Position numbers and translations under genes: made by a program
NCBI GenBank assembly: GCA_002269645.1
Contig: NIVC01000160.1
Coordinates: 32,514 to 96,513 of the forward strand
DNA length: 64,000 nucleotides
Origin: Macrostomum lignano
Taxonomy: Eukaryota
Reading direction: 5' to 3'
Notes under the pieces: generated by a model
Seen by the model: the letters and a program-made list of their open reading frames with translations, nothing else
Databases searched by the model: none
Told to the model about the DNA's origin: nothing
Shown here: positions 1 through 12,841 of the stretch, piece by piece
Position numbering within the stretch: position 1 is the first letter of the stretch
Layout: the number at the start of each line of letters is the position of its first letter

Positions 1-3000
1 ACTATGTCCTGTCTGCCAACGGGTCTAGTCGCCAGCCTTGGTGGCACAGTGGCCGCCAAATCCGTGAAACTCCTGGTTCACAGCCCGGATGCACCAGACG
101 CGCGCGACGCCTGGTGGTCTGAGATACGCTCCGAGGTTCGCGCCCACGCGCGCGCTTTTGGCTGCTCGACCGTGATAGGCTATAACGAGGAGACGTGCAT
201 CGCCGATGATCTTATTGTGTTGAGCGCATACGGCACGGCTGCTAAGCTGAACTCTCTAGAAGATGTTCAGAGTGAGTTGCAAAGCTTTTTTGGATGGCAA
301 GATAGCAGCTGGAGAAACTTAGCCAGCCAATCTGGTGGAAGTGAGGTGGGTAGCCGGCCAATCGGAATGAGAGCGGTTATTAGGAGTGAGGTGGGTACCC
401 AGCCAATCAGAATGAGAGCTGATAGGAGTAAGGTGATTAGCCAGCCAATCAGAATGAGAGCTGTTAGGAGTGAGGTGGGTAGCCAGCCAATCAGGATTAG
501 AGCTGGTAAGGAGTAAGGGGGTTAGCCAGCCAATCAGAATGAGAGCTGGTAGGAGTAAGGTGATTAGCCAGCCAATCAGAATGAGAGCTGGTAGGAGTGA
601 GGTGAGTAGCCAGCCAATCAGGATTAGAGCTGGTAAGGAGTAAGGGGGTTAGCCAGCCAATCAGAATGAGAGCTGGTAGGAGTGAGGTGGGTAGCCAGCC
701 AATCAGTATTAAAGCTGGTAGGAGTGAGGTGGGTAGCCAGCCAATCAGGATTAGAGCTGGTAGGAGTGAGGTGGGTAGCCAGCCAATCAGTAGGAGAGCT
801 GGTAGGAGTGAGGTGGTTAGCCAGCCAATCAGAATGAGAGCTGGTAGGAGCTGCTATCTTGATTGCTCACCACTTTTTCTTCCAGATTCCCAGCAGCCGC
901 CATCGAGCTGTCGCGCTCTGCACGTGCTGTACAGCCAGTCCAGCCCGCCCTTCCCCGTGTCCTTCAGCCGTTGCGCCGTCTGCGGCCGCGGCAGCGTCCC
1001 GGACATCCTGCTGGCCACTTCGGACACTCCGGCCGAACTGGCCACCTGCGGACAACCGGCGCTCATTCAGGCCAGGTGACTGAGCTAAATGGGATTTAAT
1101 CTGCAGTGACTGAGCTATTATAAATGGGATTTTTATCCCTAATCTCCCCACAAACAGAGTCTGGCGGCCCAAGCGAGACGCCAAAGGCGAGGCGAACGCT
1201 CGCGAGGTGAGCGACCGGCTGCCCTTCATCGAGTACGAGCTGCACAGCCAGCTGGTGCAGAAGCTGCGCCTGCGCGGCATGAACGGCCTGTTCGGGCTTC
1301 GAACCCGCATGTCGGTGGCCAGCTGCGGCATTCTGGTGACGGCCACCGGCACCGGGGTCCACCTGCTGGCGTTGCCCGCGCCCTGCGAGCCGCAGCTCGT
1401 GTCTAAAGGCGATCAACGGCTGCTGTCCAGTCTGCAGGCCAAGGTGTCCGAGTTTGTGTCCAGGTGGGCAGCTTGTTCGGGTATTTGATAAGAAACATTT
1501 CGATGCATTTGTGAATAAAAAGTTGCGATTATTTGGTGCCATTTTTCTGTGCGTTTTTGATGCGGCTAGGCTATTTTTGTAGAAATTATTAATAGTTATT
1601 AATAGTAGTTATAAAAACTTACACAGAACCACAATGTTGAATAAAAACATATGTTACTCGTAGCACTTTTCGAACTACCCTCCAGCTGCATCGATGCGCT
1701 TCCTCTCATCTTCTCAAGCCACGTAAAAAAGCAGCTACCCCACTCCAACTGAGTAGTGTCAAACAGGATGTTGGAGGATGTCTCAACAGCGTCTCAACTC
1801 TAACTCCCCTGAGCAGACGCTTGGCCCGTAAAGAAGTCGAAGAAGTAAAGATGGACGCGGTTCTGCTTCATGAACTCGATAGTTTTTTAGCTGTGTGGGC
1901 CGGGGCGTTGTCCTGGGGGAGTTGGAGCCCCCCGATGTCGCGTGTTTGGACGTCTCTCTCTCTCAGCCCCAGCTTACAACACCTGGAGACGTTACACACA
2001 GTCACATACCAGTTAGCAGTCACTCAGTCACTGTCTGCTGGGTGACGCTTCTTGACCAGAGAAATTTGAATTCGGGCTGCTTCCTACAAGGACCCATTGC
2101 GACATTTCATTCGACACGTCATTTCAAACAACCCTCTAGGGACTCTAGCGACATTTAGGCGGTTCTTGTGACTTTCTAAAAACTCAAACGACTCACGTAC
2201 GACGCCCCAGTGTGTGTCCCTTGCGTCACACCAGAGTCTCAGACAATGAAGCACCTTTACAACTCAAGACAATTTTGCGAATTTACTGGATGAATCTGGG
2301 CACCGTTTTCATCGGGTCAAAATTGCACACCCAACTATCGTTTCCACTGATGACCTCCCAGCCCCATGAAAACGTTACCTGGGCCAAGAAGCGCCCCCCC
2401 CCCCTTGGAGTCGTTTCGGAGTCGTTGCAGGTAACACAGGTAAAAACGGAAAGAAGCGACTCTATACGACTCTAAAACGACGAGATGTCACGGTACAAGT
2501 CAATTTGAGGCGTTTTATTGTGTGCGACACTGGGACGTTTCTAGAATGACTATGGGCCGTAGGGTCGTATCTGTGGCTGCTGGAGTCGCTTTAGAGTCAC
2601 TTTAGTTGCGTCTGAAGAGCACCTGCGTTACCTTATGAATTGTAATAGCATTTCGCATTTAGTATATGAACTCGATTTAGTCAACTTAATTGAAGCGCTT
2701 CTTAGACTAGGCTGTTTCGGGACTCTTTTTCCAACTCTACAACTCAACAATCGCCTCTCCGTCGCATGCAGTCGTTTGAGTCTTGTCACGGTAAATATTT
2801 TCAACAATTGATTGCAAACCGCCCCGTAACCTCATTTATCCAGGAGTCGCGAGGTGCACGGCCTTGATCGGGCCCAAGCGCTCGCAGCCATCTCAGCCTC
2901 ATCAGGCGCATCAGTTTCCAACGCATCAGCCAGTAACAGCGACTCGGGAGGGGCGGCTGAGGATGCTGAGGCTTCCCCGCCCATCGATCTGCAGTCAAAT

Positions 3001-4505
3001 CAGCGAGACAACTTCATCATCTCCTTGGCTGACGACTGCGAAACTGACGAGATGGAAGCCTTGTTGGTTGACTATCCTCTGATGGACAGTCTGCAGCTCA
3101 CCTGCTCCCCTGCCTGCCGCTCTGAGGACACCAACTTCTTTGTGAGGATTCTGCGATGCCCGCTGGACGATCCCGAGGCTAACAGTAGCAGACAGGTGAG
3201 GTTGGGCGTCTCCGGGTTATGATTTTTGAGCTCCGGGTTATGATTTCTGAGCTCCGGGTTATGATTTCTGAGTTCCGGGTTATGATTTCTGAGTTCCGGG
3301 TTATGATTTTTGAGCTCCGGGTTATGATTTTTGAGCTCCGGGTTATGATTTCTGAGTTCCGGGTTATGATTTCTGAGTTCCGGGTTATGATTTCTGAGTT
3401 CCGGGTTATGATTTCTGACTTCCGGGTTAGGATTTCTGAGTCCCGGGTTATGATTTCTGACTTCCGGGTTAGGATTTCTGAGCTCCGGGTTTTTTATTTT
3501 TTAGTTCCGAGTTATGATTTCTGAGTTCCGGGTTATAATTTTCGAGTTCCGGGTTATAATTTTCGAGTTCCGGGTTATGATTTCTGAGTTGCGTGTTATG
3601 ATTTTTGAGTTCCCGGTTATGATTTCTGAGTCCTGGGTTATTATTTCGCATTATGGTTAAATATGTGAGCTGCTTTGGTATGATCTCATAAATTCAGGTT
3701 ATGATCTCATAAATTCAGGTTATGATCTCATAAATTCAGGTTATGATCTCATAAATTCAGGTTATGATCTCATAAATTCAGGTTATGATCTCATAAATTC
3801 AGGTTATGATCTCATAAATTCAGGTTATGATCTCATAAATTCAGGTTATGATCTCATAAATTCAGGTTATGATCTCATAAATTCAGGTTATGATCTCATA
3901 AATTCAGGTTATGATCTCATAAATTCAGGTTATGATCTGAATTCTAATTGACCTCAGAATCCTAGCAAAATCAAGTTCAACAACTTCCCCCTCCCACTCC
4001 CCAGGTGAACTCCCTCCTAGCGGACATGCTGCACTCCACCTGTTTCCACTTCCGGCACAGCCTGCCCTGCACTCTGGCAGCTCTGCACTTCCACACGGAG
4101 GTCACGGACGAGAGCTGCCTGCAGACGGTGCTGACAGGCGACTGCGTCAGGCAGACCGCGCCTCAGGGCGGCCTGTTGCTGGGCACAGCCAGTGGGGTGC
4201 TGCTGTGCTCCGGCTGCCATCCGCCGGGCCGGTCCGTGGCCAACTACCTGGGCAATTTGGACTTTTTCTTCATCCGCGAGACCAGCTCCGTGAGAGACTG
4301 CGGCGGCTCGCAGGCCTTCCTGCACACCTGTCTAGCCGAGGTGATGGCCGTGGTTCGAGCCCACGCCGCCGCTTTGGGCGGCCAAGCCGTGACCTCGTTT
4401 CACCTGAGCGAAGTGCTGCTGCTGGATAACCCGAGCAGAGGACACGCCCAGTGCCTGCTGAACGTGTGCGGTGATGTGGTCCAGCTGCCGGTGGCTGAGG
4501 CCTGA
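1..4505 (+). CDS. C2CD5: C2 domain-containing protein 5 (CDP138/KIAA0528) ortholog, 3' part; exons <1-271, 886-1075, 1158-1463, 2844-3195, 4005-4505 (stop TGA 4503-4505)
   Basis: Peptides GGTVAAKSVKLL, RDAWWSEIRSEVRAHARAFGC, LPFIEYELHSQLVQKLRLRGMNGLFGLR and FFIRETSSVRDCGGSQAFLH...VRAHAAALGG...AQCLLNVCGD match the C2CD5 C-terminal region as recalled. All four GT-AG introns join in compatible phases (1,2,2,0). The 5' part, including the C2 domain, is outside the window. Confidence 0.9.
322..850. repeat. Intronic minisatellite, 42-43 bp unit, about 13 copies, each with a CCAAT box
   Basis: Unit AGCCAGCCAATCAGAATGAGAGCTGGTAGGAGTGAGGTGGGT, with starts at 481, 524, 566, 608, 651, 693. Fills C2CD5 intron 272-885. 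Confidence 0.95.
3213..3938. repeat. Two adjacent 21-bp minisatellites in C2CD5 intron 3196-4004
   Basis: TTATGATTTCTGAGTTCCGGG (about 3213-3650) followed by near-perfect TTATGATCTCATAAATTCAGG x about 12 (3679-3938). Confidence 0.95.
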
Positions 4506-5149
4506 TGACAGCTTCTGTTGATTGCGCATCAACTTTTCTCCCTCAATTCCAGTAGGTATTTTATTGTCAAATTCCACAGTCTGCTAAAGGCTAAGTTGTG
4601 ATCGCAGATACTTGAATAACTAGATGGACCACTCAGCACATTTGCGTGTAAACTACTTTCAGTTCAGTAGTAAGTTAAACTGAAGCATTTTAATGTATTT
4701 TTAAAGTGAAGGCTAATTTATTGGCTCTTAACCCCAACCTAAACCCTCCAACCGCGCCTTTCCACACTACCCCCCCCCGCCGCGCCACAATTTTTATTGC
4801 TTTTCTCGGAATTCCAGCCTTAATCTGCCTTGTACATTCAGTGGCCAATGTACATTATTGCTGAACCAATTAGCAAGTTGTTCACGCCTGCAAGCTTTGG
4901 GCTTCTAAACTTATCAAAGTCATTTTAGCTGTTTCTGTTTAAAAAATTAGCTTATTTATTCTTCTTTACTACTGAACTGAAAGTAGAAAGCTGTTTTACT
5001 AAGTATATGTGCCTGAGTGGCCTATCTAGTTATTTTAGAATCTGTGGTTATTATAAAATCCGGAATTGCAAATCAAGCTTAGATTTAACAGCTAGTTAAT
5101 CGTCTGTCACGGTTGCATTGCAGAGGAAATTTGACTTTCATAGCCCCCT

Positions 5150-5700
5150 GCTTTTATAGTGACCATTCTTTTCGAGTGACTTTTTAGAGTGAGCCTTCAG
5201 AGTGACCCTTTATAGTGACCCTCCCTTCAAAGTAACCCTACCTTAAGAGTGCCCCCACTTCAGAGTGTCCATCCCTTCAGAGTAACCCTTCCTTCGGAGT
5301 GACCCTCTCTTCAGAGCGACCCTCCCTTCAGAGTGACCTTTTCTTCGTATTGACCCTCCCTTCAGAGTGTCCATCCCTTCAGAGTGACCTTACCTTCGGA
5401 GTGACCCTCTCTTCAGAGTGACCCTCCCCTCAGAGTGATCTTTCCTTTGGAGTAACCCTCCCTTTCGAGTGAACCTCCCTTCAGAGTGACCCTCCATTCA
5501 GAGTGACCCTCCCTTCAGAGTGACCCTCCCTTCAGAGTGACCTTTCCTTCGTATTGACCCTCCCTTCAGAGTGACCCTCCCTTCAGAGTGACTCTCTTTT
5601 CAGAGGGACCCTTTCTTCGGGTGACTTTTCCCTCAGACTCAGGACTGTTCCCTCGGATTGACCCTCTCCATCAGAGTGACCCTGCATTCAGAGTGACCCC
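5150..5700. repeat. Degenerate 17-bp minisatellite (AGAGTGAC core)
   Basis: Unit AGAGTGACCCTCCCTTC in the intergenic region. Confidence 0.9.
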
Positions 5701-6120
5701 CCATCAGCAGTAGAAGTTTGTAAAAAGTACTATCGGCACCCAGACCTTTAGCAGATCTTCAGCAGACCGTGTACTTTATTAACATACCTTAGTACGAATT
5801 AGTGTCTTGGTAGCAAAATTGACCGGCTGAATAGTTTCTGCTTTTATTGTTGTCAAATTGTCCTCTGATTCATTGTGTAGCGCATTTCCAATAAATCCGA
5901 TTTAACTGGATCTGATTTTTTGCCATTTATTGTTTCCAGTCTTGTTTAATTGTCCTGTTTTAATGCTCGTAATTGGCGCATAATTATCTTCAACCGATTC
6001 TGTTTTCATTCAAGTAGTAGTGGTATGTGCTTATTTTATTGTTTGTCACCTGCTTCGGCTAGTATGATTATGCTGCAATAATTGCTTTTTGTTCTATTAA
6101 AGAGGGAGCAATTGTACATT

Positions 6121-6425
6121 GGGTTAGAAAGGGAACCGTGTGTACATTTGGGGGTAGACAGGGAACCGTGTGTACATTGGGGGGTAGACAGGGAACCGTG
6201 TGTACATTTGGGGGTAGACAGGGAACCGTGTGTACATTAGGGGGTAGACAGGGAACCGTGTGTACATTGGGGGGTAGACAGGGAACCGTGTGTACATTGG
6301 AGGGTAGACAGGGAACCGTGTGTACATTGGGGGGTAGACAGGGAACCGTGTGTACATTAGGGGGTAGACAGGGAACCGTGTGTACATTGGGGGGCAGACA
6401 GGGAACCGTGTGTACATTTGGGGTA
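6121..6425. repeat. 30-bp minisatellite, about 10 copies
   Basis: GGGGTAGACAGGGAACCGTGTGTACATTGG with exact 30-bp period (6151, 6181, 6211...). Confidence 0.95.
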
Positions 6426-6656
6426 GAAGTCTTACAGTTGTTTCAATGGTCCTCAGTGTTTTTTAAAGTGCTTGCTTTAATTATTGCCCTGTTTGTAGTG
6501 TAAGGTATCAACTGATATTAATATTATCTATCAATTTGTGCTTAATTTATTGAAATAGCAAGATTATACTAAATACATTGAGACTGTAATTTTGGCGGAT
6601 TTTGATTTTAAATGGTTGGTTTAATGTTTATCGTGACTTAAATTATGTCCTATAGA

Positions 6657-7560
6657 CTATGCCTCCCCAAGAATCGCCCTATGCCTCCCCAAGAATCGCC
6701 CTATGCCTCCCCAAGAATCGCCCTATGCCTCCCCAAGAATCGCCCTATGCCTCCCCAAGAATCGCCCTATGCCTCCCAAAGAATCGCCCCTATGCCTCCC
6801 AAGAATCGCCCCTATGCCTCCCCAAGAATCGCCCCTATGCCTCCCCAAGAATCGCCCCTATGCCTCCCAAGAATCGCCCCTATGCCTCCCAAGAATCGCC
6901 CCTATGCCTCCCAAGAATCGCTCCTATGCCTCCCCAAGAATCGCTCCTATGCCTCCCCAAGAATCGCTCCTATGCCTCCCCAAGAATCGCCCCTATGCCT
7001 CCGTAAGAATCGCCCCTATGCCTCCCCAAGAATCGCCCCTATGCCTCCCCAAGAATCGCCCCTATGCCTCCCAAGAATCGCCCCTATGCCTCCCCAAGAA
7101 TCGCTCCTATGCCTCCCCAAGAATCGCCCTATGCCTCCCCAAGAATCGCCCCTAAGCCTCCCCAAGAATCGCCCCTAAGCCTCCCCAATAATCGCCCCTA
7201 TGCCTCCCCAAGAATCGCCCTATGCCTCCCCAAGAATCGCCCCTATGCCTCCCCAAGAATCGCCCCTATGCCTCCCCAAGAATCGCCCCTATGCCTCCCC
7301 AAGAATCGCCCCTATGCCTCCCCAAGAATCGCCCTATGCCTCCCCAAGAATCGCCCTATGCTTCCCCAAGAATCGCCCCTAAGCCTCCCCAATAATCGCC
7401 CCTATGCCTCCCCAAGAATCGCCCTATGCCTCCCCAAGAATCGCCCCTATGCCTCCCCAAGAATCGCCCCTATGCCTCCCCAAGAATCGCCCCTATGCCT
7501 CCCCAAGAATCGCCCTATGCCTCCCCAAGAATCGCCCTATGCTTCCCCAAGAATCGCCCT
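6657..7560. repeat. 21-23 bp minisatellite (AAGAATCGCCC core) upstream of morgue
   Basis: Unit CTATGCCTCCCCAAGAATCGCCC(C), about 40 copies. Confidence 0.95.
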
Positions 7561-7710
7561 GAACTTTCCAATTAATCTTGCCTTGACCTTCAAACCTTCA
7601 TTTGTCAATTTTTTCTGGTCTAGCGAGATTCGCAACAGAAGTGTATTTTTAAAAATTCGAATCCTCTCACTGAGAAGACAGGCAAGCGGTGAGCTCCGCA
7701 AGCAAAGCCA

Positions 7711-10700
7711 ATGCCCTGCTTTCACTGCAACGGGTTCTACAGCGCGTGCGATGACCAGCCGGTGTGCCCCGTGTGCCACTCCTTCCTCTATCAGTACCAG
7801 TGCACCGCCCTGAAGCGCGACGACGAAGACGGAGACTCCGGCACCGAGGAGGAAGCCGCTGCTCACGCTGCTGCCGCCGCCGTCGGCCCGTCGGGTGCCG
7901 CTTCTGACGATGAGGCCCAGCAGCTGCGGCAGTTGCGACAGCAGCAGCAGAAAAAGTTGTTGCAGCAACAGCTGCGGCAGCAGCAGCAACAGCAGCCTCT
8001 GCCATCTAGCAGTGTAAATGCGAGAGCCAGTGACCTGGAGCTTCAGAGTTTGAGTTCCGGAGTGACTTTTGGGGCTTCAGTGTTTGAGTTCCGGAGTGAC
8101 TTTTGGAGCTTCAGTGTTTGAGTTCCGGAGTGAATTTTGGAGCTTCAGAGTTTGAGTTCCGGAGTGACTTGGAGCTTCAATGTTTGAGTTCCGGAGTGAC
8201 TTTTGGAGCTTCAGTGTTTGAGTTCCGGAGTGACTTGGAGCTTCAATGTTTGAGTTCCGGAGTGACTTTTGGAGCTTCAGTGTTTGAGTTCCGGAGTGAC
8301 TTGGAGCTTCAGTGTTTGAGTTCCGGAGTGACTTTTGGAGCTTCAGTCTTTGAGTTCCGGAGTGACTTTTGGAGCTTCAATGTTTGAGTTCCAGAGTGAC
8401 TTGGAGCTTCAATGTTTGAGTTCCAGAGTGACTTGGAGCTTCAATGTTTGAGTTCCAGAGTGACTTGGAGCTTAAATGTTTGAGTTCCAGAGTGACTTGG
8501 AGCTTCAATGTTTGAGTACTATCTCAGAGCACCATCGCACCCCCTCCGCAGAGCTCAGCGCAGTCGCGCGGTGCCCGCCTTGACGCCCTGCCAACCGAGC
8601 TGATTCTGGCCGTGTTGGCTCACTGCGACGACATGGCGGTCTGGTCGCTGCTCCGCCTTGGCAACCGGCGGCTGACCCAGATTATCGAACGGGAGTTCTC
8701 CGACGCCTACTGGCAGCGGCAGCTCAGCCACCGGTGGCCCCTGTTCACCCTGCGCCGGCCCCTGGGCGCCGGCACCTGGCGCTCTCTCTACTCGGATCTG
8801 CTGCTGAGCGCGCCCTGTCTCGCCTGTCTCGCCAGCGGGCCCTCCAGTTGGGACGTCGACGAAGCGTCGTCGTGGCGACAGCGCCGGCTGAGGCTGGAGT
8901 ACCGCAGCCTTATACAGGAGCCGCCCTACGGCGTGGCGGCCGTGCCGACGCCCGTGGACAGCGGCCGGCTGTCCCAGTGGCATGCCGTCATCTGCGGCCC
9001 GCCCGGCTCCCCCTATCAGGGCGGAGCCTTCTTCCTGTCTCTGACTGTGCCGCACAGCTACCCGCTGCGACCGCCGTTGATTCGCTTCCTGACTAAGGTG
9101 GGCGAGGGGGTGAACTGTGTTTGCGTTTTACCCGCCTTGAAATCGTTTCTAAAACCATCGGGAAATCGCCCCAAATTTCATGAGAATCGTCCCTAAACAG
9201 TTTTATACAAGGTAAATTAGTTAACCACCTAAAAATCACACAATCACACTAACCCACCCCAAGAATCAACCCTAGGAATCAACCCAATAATCGCTCCTAA
9301 GCCCCAAAAATCGCCCCTAAACCACCCCAAGAATCGCCCCTAAACTACCCCAAGAATTACCCCTAAACTACCCCAAAAACTGCCCCTAAACCACCCCAAG
9401 AATCGCCCCTAAACTACCACAACAGTCGCCCCTAAACTACCTTAGGAATCGCCCCTTAACTACCACAACAATCACCCCTAAACTACCACAACAATCGCCC
9501 CTAAACTACCCTAAGAATCGCCCCTAAACTATCCCTAGAATCGCCCCTAAACTACCTTAGGAATCGCCCCTTAACTACCACAACAATCACCCCTAAACTA
9601 CCCTAAGAATCGCACCTAAACTATCCTAAGAATCGCCCCTAAACTACCCTAAGAATCGCACCTAAACTACCCTAAAAATCGCCCCTAAACTACCTTAGGA
9701 ATCGCCCCTAAACTACCCCAAAAATCGCCCCCAAACTATCCCTAGAATCGCCCCTAAACTACCTTTGGAATCGCACCTAAACTACCCCAAGAATCGCACC
9801 TAAACTATCCTAAGAATCGCCCCTAAACTACCCCAAGAATTGCCCCTAAACTACCACAACAATCGCCCCTAAACTACCACAACAATCGCCCCTAAACTAC
9901 CACAACAATCGCCCCTAAACTACCCACAGAATCGTCCCTAAATCACCCACAGAATCGCCCCTAAATTATCCCAAGAATCGCCCCTAAACCACCCCAAGAA
10001 TCGCCCCTAAACCACCCCAAGAATCGCCCCTAAACTACCACAACAATCACCCCTAAACTACCACAACAATGGCCCCTAAACTACCACAACAATCGCCCCT
10101 TAACTACCACAACAATGGCCCCTAAACTACCACAACAATCGCCCCTAAACTACCACAACAATCGCCCCTAAACTACCTTAAAAATCACCCCTAAACTATC
10201 CCTAGAATCGCCCCTAAACTACCTTAGGAATCGCACCTAAACTACCCCAAGAATCGCACCTAAACTATCCTACGAATCGCCCCTAAACTACCCCAAGAAT
10301 CGCCCCTAAACTACCACAACAATCGCCCCTAAACTACCACAACAATCGCCCCTAAACTACCACAACAATCGCCCCTAAACTACCCACAGAATCGTCCCTA
10401 AATCACCTACAGAATCGCCCCTAAACTACCACAACAATCGCCCCTAAACCACCCCAAGAATCGCCCCTAAACCACCCCAAGAATCGCCCCTAAACTACCA
10501 CAACAATCGCCCCTAAACCACCCCAAGAATCGCCCCTAAACTACCACAACAATCGCCCCTAAACTTTATCCTTAAATCCTTTAATCGACAGTGAACCCTG
10601 CGTAAACTAGTCAAATACCCCGAATTAACTGCCACCCCAGGTGTTCCACCCCAACGTGAGTCGTCACGGAGACGTGGGCCTGGACGCCATCTTGCCAACC

Positions 10701-10934
10701 AACTGGAGCCTGGCCCTCACCCTGGCCAAAGTGCTGGTCTGTGTTCAGAGCCTACTCACGGACCCCTACACCGAGGTGAGCATGGAGCCCAGGATCGCCC
10801 GGCTGTGCATCGAAAACCGGCCAGAATTCGAGCGGCTGGCCCGCCTGTGGACCTGGAAGTACGCCATGCACGACTTTGTCGGGCCTTTGGCTGCGACCGA
10901 CGAACCGGCGGGTGACGGCGGTGGTGACTTGTAA
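7711..10934 (+). CDS. morgue: Morgue-like protein (C4 zinc finger + F-box + E2-conjugase variant, Cys>Gly); exons 7711-8013, 8552-9097, 10641-10934; about 380 aa
   Basis: N-terminal CFHC-x12-CPVC; F-box-like LDALPTELILAVLAHCDDMAVWSLLRLGNRRL; UBC fold WHAVICGPPGSPYQGGAFFL...YPLRPPLIRFLTK/VFHPNVSRHGDVGLDAI with GGC (Gly, 10677-10679) at the catalytic Cys position. Both introns are phase 0. The first donor (8014 GTAAAT) and the ATG choice are less certain. Confidence 0.85.
8030..8518. repeat. 32/34-bp alternating minisatellite filling morgue intron 1
   Basis: GAGTGACTT(TT)GGAGCTTCAGTGTTTGAGTTCCG. Confidence 0.95.
9245..10563. repeat. 22-23 bp minisatellite (AAGAATCGCCCC core) filling morgue intron 2
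   Basis: AAGAATCGCCCCTAAACTACCCC and ACAATCGCCCCTAAACTACCACA variants. Confidence 0.95.
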
Positions 10935-11102
10935 TTTGTTGGCGTTTTCGTTTAATCTTCTCTTCAAGCATTTCCGCCTTGCACTCGTCAGCCCCGTTTA
11001 GCACTCGCTGTTTTTGTTTATGGTTACTGCGTGTGTGAAATATTTTCTCACCTTGCAATCGTCACTGCAGTTTTTGGCCTTCTTATTTTAATTTCACCCG
11101 CC

Positions 11103-11968
11103 CTAATTAGCCTCACGCCCACCTGGACTAATTAGCCTCACGCCCACCTGCAATAATTAGCCTCACACTCACCTGCAATAATTAGCCTCACACCCACCTG
11201 CACTAATTAGCCTCACACCCACCTGCCCATATTAGCCTCACGCCCACCTGGACTAATTAGCCTCACGCCCACCTGCAATAATTAGCCTCACACTCACCTG
11301 CAATAATTAGCTTCATATCCACCTGTCCTATTTAGCCTCACACCCACCTGCACTAATTAGCCTCACGCCCACCTGCACTAATTAGCCTCACACTCACCTG
11401 CAATAATTAGCTTCATATCCACCTGTCCTATTTAGCCTCACACCCACCTGCACTACGAGCTAATTAGCCTCACACCCACCTGCAATAATTAGCTTCATAT
11501 CCACCTGTCCTATTTAGCCTCACACCCACCTGCACGAATTAGCCTCACACCCACCTGCACTAATTAGCCTCACACCCACCTGCACTAATTAGCTTCATAT
11601 CCACCTGTCCTATTTAGCCTCACACCCACCTGTACTAATTAGCCTCACACCCACCTGCACTAATTAGCCTCACACCCACCTGCACTAATTAGCCTCACAC
11701 CCACCTGCACTAATTAGCCTCACACCAACATGCCCTAATTAGCCTCACACCAACATGCCCTAATTAGCCTCACACCAACATGCCCTAATTAGCCTCACAC
11801 CAACATGCCCTAATTAGCCTCACACCAACATGCACTAATTAGCATCACACCAACATGCCCTAATTAGCATCACACCAACATGCCCTAATTAGCATCACAC
11901 CCACCTGCACTAATTAGCCTCACACCCACCTGGACTAATTAGCCTCACACCAACATGCCCTAATTAGT
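11103..11968. repeat. 25-bp minisatellite
   Basis: TAATTAGCCTCACACCCACCTGCAC, more than 30 copies, grading into TAATTAGCCTCACACCAACATGCCC. Confidence 0.95.
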
Positions 11969-12724
11969 CTCAAACACGCCACCCCTCGTTGGCGCCGTCA
12001 AACAGTTGTTTAGTTTTGTAAGTTGTACAATTTTACTGTTATAATCTGTTATATTTATTTAAGTATTCTGATTCAAACCCATAGTGCATTTGTCTCCGTA
12101 CTGTTGCTTACGTCATAGTTGCTTTGCTAACTATTACAAGGTGTAGTGCAAGTGCGCTATGCCTTTCTTTGTTAAATCGTGAAGTGTGCGGTAACTTATC
12201 CACATTTATGTATGATATAATCAGTTAGTTATGTGTAATAGTTTTAGATGCAGCAACAAAAAAACTTTTAATAGAATCGATGGTAGATGTCATATATCCT
12301 GTTTAAAAAATACATAAAGCCCAACTTCTCCGTTTGCACTTTCATAATGGGGATTATCTATCCATAGAGCTATTTAAATAATATAAATTCTGCTCAGTCA
12401 ATCCTTCACAAAATTTGTTCAGTAAAATTCAGCAGATTTCAGCAGTTTTTTCTCTTTTTTGTCGCTTAAATTCTTGCATTTCTACTCACAGTAGCCCAGA
12501 ACTGTGAGGAGGCCTGGCCATGTGCTTTGCACTGCTTGGTATAACAATTTCAGCAATAGAGAAATTCTGCTGTTCCATGCATTGCTATAAGTATTTAAAA
12601 GTACAGAACTACAGTACTCGTTTCTAGGAATTAGTATCCGAAATTGGCCCAGAGGCGCTTTTACCTTTCATAGGATCGAAGATTTAACATACTCGAAGAC
12701 AGTAAATCTCATAGCTCAAAACTT

Positions 12725-12779
12725 CGTGATGTGTCTGTGAGTAATGAGTATGTGTGTGTAATTGTATGTGTCTGTGTGT

Positions 12780-12841
<62 letters not shown>

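Noticed and set aside
4-6. ATG at 4 as the C2CD5 start codon
   Set aside because: The peptide matches the middle of C2CD5 and the C2 domain is absent, so the exon continues upstream of the window.
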